NCBI GenBank assembly: GCA_001001185.1 | Contig: LCKC01000007.1 | Coordinates: 1-32,000, forward strand | Direction: 5' to 3' | Source: Parcubacteria group bacterium GW2011_GWB1_45_10 | GTDB taxonomy: Bacteria > Patescibacteriota > Minisyncoccia > UBA6257 > Brennerbacteraceae | DNA length: 32,000 nucleotides | Shown here: positions 24,598 to 30,363 of the stretch, piece by piece | How the letters are laid out: the number at the start of each line of letters is the position of its first letter | Numbering within the stretch: position 1 is the stretch's first letter | Position numbers and translations under genes: made by a program | Notes under the pieces: generated by a model | The model's database searches: none | What the model was told of the DNA's origin: nothing | The model's input: only the letters and a program-made list of their open reading frames with translations

Positions 24598-24678
24598 CCG
24601 TGCCTTGTATTAATCAGTCTGGGACCTTGATTCTCACAAGGCACGGCGGTAAGGAGGATAATCCGCCGTGCTTTTTTT
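24598..24678 (+). promoter_or_regulatory. Pair of mutually exclusive hairpins (attenuator-like), the second being a terminator with T7
   Basis: The first hairpin is CCGTGCCTTGT (24598-24608) / ACAAGGCACGG (24636-24646). The second is GCACGGCGG (24641-24649) / CCGCCGTGC (24663-24671), followed by T7. They share GCACGG. The second hairpin's loop contains AAGGAGG. Confidence 0.5.
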
Positions 24679-25000
24679 GAAAGAACTGATTTTGATTATA
24701 GCAAATTTCTCGGTTTTTTTCAGGCGCGAACCGGTTTTTGATGATATAATTTTTTAATCATGAATCCCGTTAGAAATTCAGCCATGAACCCCGTTAGAAA
24801 TATTCACGGTGAAAGAGTGTCAAATAGTTCTACCATGAAATTTTTAAACAATAACAAAATAAGCCATTTTTACAGAATTTCTAAGGGGGTGAACAAACGA
24901 ATCATTATTACTGAAGGCAAAGCCGCGTTTGACGCGGCGGAGCCGACTGTCGTCTTTGCGCTTGTGGATAAAGAATTAACTTTCTCAAATTTTTAACGGG

Positions 25001-25318
25001 ATGAAATATTTAATCGCGTTTCCTTTTTTGCTTAATTTTGCCGCCTGGGTTTTGATTTTGTTTTTTGTCCCGGCGGCGAATTTTCCCTTTATCGTCAAAT
25101 ACAATATTTTTGTCGGTAAAGATATTTTTGACACCAAGCTTTCGCTTTTGAGCCTGCCGGCGCTGGGGTTGATTATCGCGCTAATCAATGGTATATTGGC
25201 TTTATCCTTGAAAAAAACCAGCAAAGAGTTTTCTTTAATGATTTCCGGAATCACCTGTTTTTTTGAAGCGTTGATTGTTTTGTACGCTTGGATAGCGATT
25301 TTCATCAACACTTACTAA
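25001..25318 (+). CDS. Hypothetical small membrane protein (about 3 TM helices)
   Basis: 105 aa, three hydrophobic stretches. Directly upstream of rplU on the same strand. Confidence 0.55.
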   Translation: MKYLIAFPFLLNFAAWVLILFFVPAANFPFIVKYNIFVGKDIFDTKLSLLSLPALGLIIALINGILALSLKKTSKEFSLMISGITCFFEALIVLYAWIAIFINTY

Positions 25319-25341
25319 TAAACTGATCGCTAATTACTAAT

Positions 25342-25653
25342 ATGCAAGCTGTCGTAAAAATCAAAGGCCACCAGTATTTGGTTGGCGAAAAAAAGATTAT
25401 CAAGGTTTCAAAGCTTAAAGCCGAGCCCGGCGCCAAGTTTGATTTCCAAGATGTTTTGGCGGTTTTCAATGACAAAGAGTTCAAGCTCGGCGATCCGGTT
25501 CTGGCGAAAGCTTCGGTTGAAGCAAAAGTTTTGCGTCAGATCCGGGCAAGAAAACTTACGGTTTTTAAATACGGTCCAAAAACCAGACGGCGAGTCAAGC
25601 GCGGGTTCAGGCCGGAATACACACAGCTGGAGATTGAGAAAATCATTTCCTGA
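25342..25653 (+). CDS. rplU: 50S ribosomal protein L21
   Basis: 103 aa; MQAVVKIKGHQYLV...VFKYGPKTRRRVKRGFRPEYTQLEIEKI matches the L21 pattern. No rpmA follows. Confidence 0.9.
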   Translation: MQAVVKIKGHQYLVGEKKIIKVSKLKAEPGAKFDFQDVLAVFNDKEFKLGDPVLAKASVEAKVLRQIRARKLTVFKYGPKTRRRVKRGFRPEYTQLEIEKIIS

Positions 25654-25682
25654 AAAACCTCTGAAAAGAGGTTTTTCTTTTT
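25653..25682 (+). terminator. Rho-independent terminator after rplU
   Basis: AAAAACCTCT-GAAA-AGAGGTTTTT, then CTTTTT. Confidence 0.8.
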
Positions 25683-25694
25683 ATTGATGCCTGT

Positions 25695-25723
25695 TTGACG
25701 GGCAATTTTTTTCGTGGTTATAT
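25695..25723 (+). promoter_or_regulatory. Candidate promoter TTGACG-N17-TTATAT (TG-extended)
   Basis: TTGACG at 25695-25700; TGg at 25715-25717; TTATAT at 25718-25723; SD GGAGG at 25745-25749. Confidence 0.5.
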
Positions 25724-25754
25724 TTCTTTATCAAACAAAGAAAAGGAGGAAGAA

Positions 25755-26099
25755 ATGGCTGATTTTTCATTCAGCGTCATTGACAGGGTGATGGTGCCGC
25801 AGGAAAAAACTCTCGGTTTCAGGATTACTGACGTCCAAGAAAACAAAAACGTCAGCGGTCCGATAATCAGGTCTTGGACAGTTATCTGGGACAAACCTTT
25901 GATTTCTGATGGTGGAGGGGCGCTTAGTATTTACGCGAAAGCTGAAGAATTCTCCGCGGCATATGTCGCGCAGGAGTTTGGGGTGGATATTTCAAGACTT
26001 TGCGCTTCGGTTGTTCTCAGAACCAACGAGGTTAATGTTTTCATCCAGTCCATGGACTGGAAAGTTGATCCTGATGACGATTATCTGATGAAGGTTTAA
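25755..26099 (+). CDS. Hypothetical protein, 114 aa, no recognisable family
   Basis: The ATG at 25755 is preceded by AAAGGAGG. The listed ORF start at 25695 coincides with the candidate -35 box. Own promoter and terminator. Confidence 0.65.
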   Translation: MADFSFSVIDRVMVPQEKTLGFRITDVQENKNVSGPIIRSWTVIWDKPLISDGGGALSIYAKAEEFSAAYVAQEFGVDISRLCASVVLRTNEVNVFIQSMDWKVDPDDDYLMKV

Positions 26100-26116
26100 G
26101 GGGGTTAATAAACCAG

Positions 26117-26150
26117 AAAACGGACGGTAAAATACCGCCGTTTTTTGTTT
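26117..26150 (+). terminator. Rho-independent terminator
   Basis: AAAACGG(A)CGG / CCGCCGTTTT stem with one bulged A, then a T6 run. Confidence 0.7.
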
Positions 26151-26276
26151 GGAGTTTTGGATCTTGGATTTATTTAGCCTTCAACTTTGTTCAGGCTAAC
26201 CCCGAGCCTGTCGAAGAGTTAGAAATTATCTCGCTACGCGAGATCTGGCACAGCCAGAGATATTAGCAATCAGGAA

Positions 26277-26885
26277 TTACCGACGCGATTGAATCGCGTT
26301 GGCCAAGGTGTCTTCGTCGGCAAACTCAACTTCCGCGCCTCTTGGCAAACCCAGGCCCAAGCGGGTGATTTTCAAATGCTTGAACTGGTTGAAGATTTTT
26401 TCCAGCTCCATGGCAGTCAAGTCGCCTTCGGCCGTGTGGCTCAGGGCCAAAATGACTTCCCCCAGGTTTTTGTCGTTTTGAATCCGTTGACTCAGTTCTT
26501 TCAGTCTGATTTCGTGGCCGTTTCTGCCTGTCGATGAAAACAAGCCGCCAAGAACAAAATAAAGACCCGGATATTTTTTGGTTTTTTCGATTGAGATTAA
26601 GTCTGTTTCTTTTTCAACAACCGCCAGGGTTGTTTTGTCCCGGTTCGGATTCCGGCAAATTGAGCAGGTTGTTGGTTGTTCTTGTCCTGAGCTTGCCGAA
26701 GGATCAAAAACAAAAAAACACTGTTTGCAGACGGAAACCTTGTCAGCCAGATCTTTCAAAGCCATGGAAAAAGCGTAAACGTCTCTTTTCAAAAACCAAA
26801 ACGCCAGCCGGTGCGCTTGGCGCGGCCCGATTCCCGGCACTTTGGAAAACAGCTCAATGAATTTTGTCAGCGGTCTTGGAAGCAC
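26277..26885 (-). CDS. recR: Recombination protein RecR
   Basis: 202 aa with GTG start. HhH VPGIGPRQAHRLAF, a C4 zinc finger CKQC...CSIC, and a Toprim region VVEKETDLISIE. Confidence 0.9.
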   Translation of the reverse strand: MLPRPLTKFIELFSKVPGIGPRQAHRLAFWFLKRDVYAFSMALKDLADKVSVCKQCFFVFDPSASSGQEQPTTCSICRNPNRDKTTLAVVEKETDLISIEKTKKYPGLYFVLGGLFSSTGRNGHEIRLKELSQRIQNDKNLGEVILALSHTAEGDLTAMELEKIFNQFKHLKITRLGLGLPRGAEVEFADEDTLANAIQSRR

Positions 26886-26892
26886 GTGATTA

Positions 26893-26920
26893 AATTCTCA
26901 ATTCTAAATTTTGCAATTTT
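26893..26920 (-). repeat. Heptamer repeat (AATTCTC/AATTCTA/AATTTTG/CAATTTT; GAGAATT-type on the - strand) upstream of recR
   Basis: Read directly. AATTCTCAATT (26893-26903) is the reverse complement of AATTGAGAATT (27015-27025). Confidence 0.85.
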
Positions 26921-27008
26921 TGCCCCTTCGGGACATCTCTTATAGGGAGACAATCAATTCACAATTATTTAATTCTCAAACATTTGAACATTGTTTCATT
27001 GAAAATTC

Positions 27009-27040
27009 AATGAAAATTGAGAATTGGAAATTGAAAATTG
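27009..27040 (+). repeat. Heptamer tandem repeat GAAAATT/GAGAATT/GGAAATT/GAAAATT downstream of dnaB
   Basis: ATTG at 27016, 27023, 27030 and 27037 (period 7). Confidence 0.9.
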
Positions 27041-27042
27041 TC

Positions 27043-28446
27043 TTAAAACTCTTCGTTTTCAACCATGCCCAAACCCTGGCCTTCTTCCCTGGTCAGCTCC
27101 CTGAAGCTGGCGAACTGCTCGGAGAAATGGAAAGTCACTTTTCCGACTGGACCGTTTCTGTGTTTGGCAATAATCACGTCGGCAAGATTTTGCCGATCAG
27201 TTTCTTCTTTAATCTTGTCTTCACGGTAAATAAACATCACCACGTCAGCGTCTTGTTCAATTGAACCGGAATCCCTGAGATCGGAAAGGCGGGGGATTTG
27301 GTGGGTTCTTTGCTCAACCGCGCGGCTCAGCTGGGAAATCGCCAGAATCGGAATATTAAGCTCTCTGGCCAAGCCTTTTAAGCCGCGCGAGATTTCGGTC
27401 ATTTGCTGGACAAGGTTGTCGCTTTTGGTCGTTGGGTGAATCAGCTGCAGGTAATCAACCACCAAAAGACCGAGGTTTGATTCTGCCTGCAAACGCCTGG
27501 CCATGGCGCGGATCTGGATGACGGTCGGCATGGCAATGTCAACAATATAAATCGGCGCTTCGTCAAGCTTGGCCATGGCTTCTTGTAAAAGGTCAAAATC
27601 GCTTGGTTCGCCTTTTTCAGACAGGTTGCCGGTTCTGATTTTCCAGAGGTCAACATTGGCTTCGGCGGCGACCAGCCGGTCAATAATCTGGTCTTTGGAC
27701 ATCTCAACGCTGAAAATGCCGACAGGGATTTTTTCTCTGGTGGCGGCGTTTCTGGCAATGTCTAAAGCCAGCGAGCTTTTGCCGATTGACGGCCGGGCCG
27801 CCAGGATTATCAAATCAGATTTTTGCAGTCCGGAAAGAATGTTGTCCAAAGACTTGAAGCCGGTGGTGACGCCGCGGAGTTTGCCCCGGTGGTGGTGGAG
27901 CTCTTCAATCCTTTCAAAAGCTTTTTTCAGGTCTTCGGAAATGTGCTGGAATCCCGGTCCGGCGGTTCTCTGGGAGATGCGGAAAATTTCCTGTTCCGCT
28001 TCGTCCAGAACTTCTTCAACATCTCTTTTTTCTTCCTGGGCGAGTTCGGAGATGCTGTAAGACGCGTTAATCAAATCGCGCAAAATTCTTTTTTTGTTGA
28101 CGATTTTTCCGTAATGGTCAATGTGGCTTGAGGTCGGCACCAGGTTGACCAGCTCCGAAAGGTAACTGACGCCGCCGACTTCTTCAAGCTCATTTTTTTC
28201 TTTCAGGCGGCTTGAAACCGTTAAGATGTCAATCGGTTCGTTTCGGGAAAAAAGCTCAATCATCGCCCGGTAGATTTTTTGATGGCCCGGGCGGTAAAAA
28301 TCTTCCGGAATCAAAACATCGGCCACTTTGGCGAGCGAGTTTTTGTCAATCATCACCGCGCCGAGAACTGACTGTTCGGCCTCAAGGTCTTGCGGCGGCA
28401 GTCTGCCGGCAAGGTTTTGCGGGTCTTTGTGTTTGTCTTTTGGCAT
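27043..28446 (-). CDS. dnaB: Replicative DNA helicase DnaB
   Basis: 467 aa; LPPQDLEAEQSVLGA N-terminus, Walker A ARPSIGKSSLAL, VVDYLQL and RNGPVG motifs. Normal length, so no intein. Confidence 0.95.
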   Translation of the reverse strand: MPKDKHKDPQNLAGRLPPQDLEAEQSVLGAVMIDKNSLAKVADVLIPEDFYRPGHQKIYRAMIELFSRNEPIDILTVSSRLKEKNELEEVGGVSYLSELVNLVPTSSHIDHYGKIVNKKRILRDLINASYSISELAQEEKRDVEEVLDEAEQEIFRISQRTAGPGFQHISEDLKKAFERIEELHHHRGKLRGVTTGFKSLDNILSGLQKSDLIILAARPSIGKSSLALDIARNAATREKIPVGIFSVEMSKDQIIDRLVAAEANVDLWKIRTGNLSEKGEPSDFDLLQEAMAKLDEAPIYIVDIAMPTVIQIRAMARRLQAESNLGLLVVDYLQLIHPTTKSDNLVQQMTEISRGLKGLARELNIPILAISQLSRAVEQRTHQIPRLSDLRDSGSIEQDADVVMFIYREDKIKEETDRQNLADVIIAKHRNGPVGKVTFHFSEQFASFRELTREEGQGLGMVENEEF

Positions 28447-28540
28447 CCGGGTTTGTTTAAAGCAATCGGGATAATCTTAATTTAGCAGCACCGGGGGATG
28501 TTTTTCAATCAAAACTGTGAGTTACTTGTGAATAACTCAT

Positions 28541-28636
28541 CTCGCCGTAGCCAAATTTATTTGGACGAAGGCGGATTGATTTTCTGTTCATAACCTCGCC
28601 GTATCCGTCAGCTGACGGAAAAGGCGGGTGGTTTTT
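28541..28636 (+). repeat. Two tandem ~34-nt structured units CTCGCCGTA-[inner hairpin]-AAGGCGG
   Basis: Unit 1 is 28541-28574 (inner CCAAA/TTTGG). Unit 2 is 28595-28628 (inner CCGTC-AGCT-GACGG), followed by TGGTTTTT. 28602-28619 is an 18-nt exact reverse-complement copy of 22917-22934. Confidence 0.8.
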
Positions 28637-28752
28637 ACGCACAACCAATTATAATCTTGTTATAACTTTTTTGTTCACGGGTGTGTTGTTGTACTTGATT
28701 GTTGTTGATTTCTGTGGCACAATATCAATAATGGTAAGAGAAAGGAGGCACC

Positions 28753-28869
28753 ATGCGGCCGTCAACAGAATTTTGGCGGGAGGTAACTTGGGCTATTGTT
28801 TTTTTAGCCCTGATTGTGATCCTAGATCGCGCCGGTGATTTCCTGATAAGGATTTATCTCGGCGTTTGA
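28753..28869 (+). CDS. Small hydrophobic peptide, 38 aa, single TM helix (below the ORF-track cutoff)
   Basis: The ATG at 28753 is preceded by GAAAGGAGGCACC, the same 14-mer context as the 23765 start. Translation: MRPSTEFWREVTWAIVFLALIVILDRAGDFLIRIYLGV. A terminator hairpin follows. Confidence 0.5.
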   Translation: MRPSTEFWREVTWAIVFLALIVILDRAGDFLIRIYLGV

Positions 28870-28874
28870 TCACA

Positions 28875-28907
28875 AAAGGATTTTGCTTATTGCAAAGTCC
28901 TTTTTTT
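28875..28907. terminator. Hairpin terminator between convergent genes, overlapping the last codons of cysS
   Basis: AAAGGATTTTGC (28875-28886) / GCAAAGTCCTTT (28892-28903), 12 bp with one G-U. The T-run continues to 28907 on the + strand. Confidence 0.65.
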
Positions 28908-30347
28908 ATATACTTTTTGGCCTTGGCTTGAGTCCTGAATCTCAAATCCCAAAGACTCGATTTTTTTCCTGAACTCGTCTGATTTAGCGAAGTTTTTTTC
29001 TTTCCTGGCTTTTTCTCTTTGTTCAAGCAGGAGCTTGATGTTTTCAGGAACGTTTTTCAGCTCTTGTTTTGGCGCGATTTCGTCAAGTTTCAAGCCGAGC
29101 ACCCGGTCAAAATCAAGAAGCAAAGATTTTTTTTCGTCGTCTGAAAACCGGTTGTCTTTAAGGACTTTCCAGGCGATTGCCAAAGCTTTTGGCAGGTTGA
29201 AGTCTTCGGCAAGGGCTTTGCCAAACTCTGTTTTTTCTTTTTCACTGCCTTCGGATTTGGTTTTTTGGGGCTTTGTCGGGGCTTTCAGGTTGGCGATTTT
29301 TTCTCTCATTTCTTGCAAGCCCGCTTGTGCGTTTTTTAAAGCTTCCCAGGTGAAGTTTTGTTTTGAACGGTAATGCGCCGTCAGAAAAAAATAGCGCAAA
29401 GACATTGGCTCAAAGCCTTTGTCAACAACCTCCTGAAGGCTGTAGGCGGTGCCTTCGGACTTTGCCATTTTTTTGTTCTCAACTAAAAGATGTTCGTTGT
29501 GCAGCCAGTAGTTGACGAATTTTTTGCCGTTGGTTGCTTCTGACTGGGTAATCTCATTGGTGTGGTGGATTGGAATATGCTCAATGCCGCCCATATGAAG
29601 GTCAAGCGTTTCGCCGAGCAAAGCTTTTGACATGGCCGAGCATTCAATATGCCAGCCGGGAAAGCCGATGCCTGATTCAACCTGCTTTGAATGAAAAGGC
29701 GAAGGCCAGGTCTGCAAAGCGTTTTTGTGAACGCCGGTTTTGAAAAACCAAAGGGCAAAGTCTGCCGGGTTTTTCTTTTGCGGGTCGGAGATCTCGCCTT
29801 TGCCGGCGTCTTTGATGATTTTTTCCAGTTTTTGCTTTGAGAGTTTTGTGTAGTCCGGAAACTTTTCCACCTCAAAATAAACCGCCAGGTCAGTTTCATA
29901 AGCAAAACCTTTGTCAATCAGGGTTTTGACCATGGCTATCATCTGTTTGACGTACTGCGTTGCCCTTGGCTTAAAATCAGGCTCAAGCAGGTTGATGGCT
30001 TTGGTGTCAGCCTCAAACTGGTCAATGTATTTTTGAGCAATGGCGTCTGGAGACAAACCTTCTCTTTTGGCGCCTTTTTCCATTCTGTCTTCACCCTGAT
30101 CTGCCAGACCAATCGTGTCTCCAGTTAAGTGACCGACGTCAGTGTAGTTTCTGACGTGGTTTGTTTCAAATCCGAAATACTTGAAAGTTCGCACAATCAA
30201 ATCCCCCATGGTCAGTCCGCGGAGATTGCCAATATGCTGGGTCCAATAGACAGTCGGGCCGCAATGATAAAAACGCAGCTTGTTCGGTTCAAGCGGAGCA
30301 AACTCTTCAACTTTTTTTGAAAGCGTGTTGTAAAGCCTAATATTCAT
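28887..30347 (-). CDS. cysS: Cysteinyl-tRNA synthetase
   Basis: 486 aa; FYHCGPTVYWTQHIGN (HIGH-type motif) and KMAKS (KMSKS) class I signatures typical of CysRS. Confidence 0.92.
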   Translation of the reverse strand: MNIRLYNTLSKKVEEFAPLEPNKLRFYHCGPTVYWTQHIGNLRGLTMGDLIVRTFKYFGFETNHVRNYTDVGHLTGDTIGLADQGEDRMEKGAKREGLSPDAIAQKYIDQFEADTKAINLLEPDFKPRATQYVKQMIAMVKTLIDKGFAYETDLAVYFEVEKFPDYTKLSKQKLEKIIKDAGKGEISDPQKKNPADFALWFFKTGVHKNALQTWPSPFHSKQVESGIGFPGWHIECSAMSKALLGETLDLHMGGIEHIPIHHTNEITQSEATNGKKFVNYWLHNEHLLVENKKMAKSEGTAYSLQEVVDKGFEPMSLRYFFLTAHYRSKQNFTWEALKNAQAGLQEMREKIANLKAPTKPQKTKSEGSEKEKTEFGKALAEDFNLPKALAIAWKVLKDNRFSDDEKKSLLLDFDRVLGLKLDEIAPKQELKNVPENIKLLLEQREKARKEKNFAKSDEFRKKIESLGFEIQDSSQGQKVYKKRTLQ

Positions 30348-30363
30348 TTTTACGGAAAACTGA

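Noticed and set aside
24760-24996. 78-aa ORF (MNPVRNSAMNPVRN...).
   Set aside because: It is assembled from direct and inverted copies of dispersed non-coding repeats, including a ~40-nt segment also found in the 18684-18720 spacer. It has no coding-like features. It is kept as a finding, not as a CDS.
10346-27040. Heptamer repeats as a CRISPR array or as coding low-complexity domains.
   Set aside because: The units are only 7 nt long, directly tandem without spacers, and each locus is under 40 nt. There are no cas genes. Except in pgk, they lie outside supported CDSs.
26911-27264. 117-aa ORF containing MKIENWKLKIVLK.
   Set aside because: The first part is a literal translation of the heptamer repeats in the dnaB-recR spacer. 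The rest is antisense to the dnaB 3' end.
27043-28446. An intein or other insertion in dnaB.
   Set aside because: 467 aa is a normal DnaB length, and the Walker A to RNGP motif spacing looks uninterrupted.
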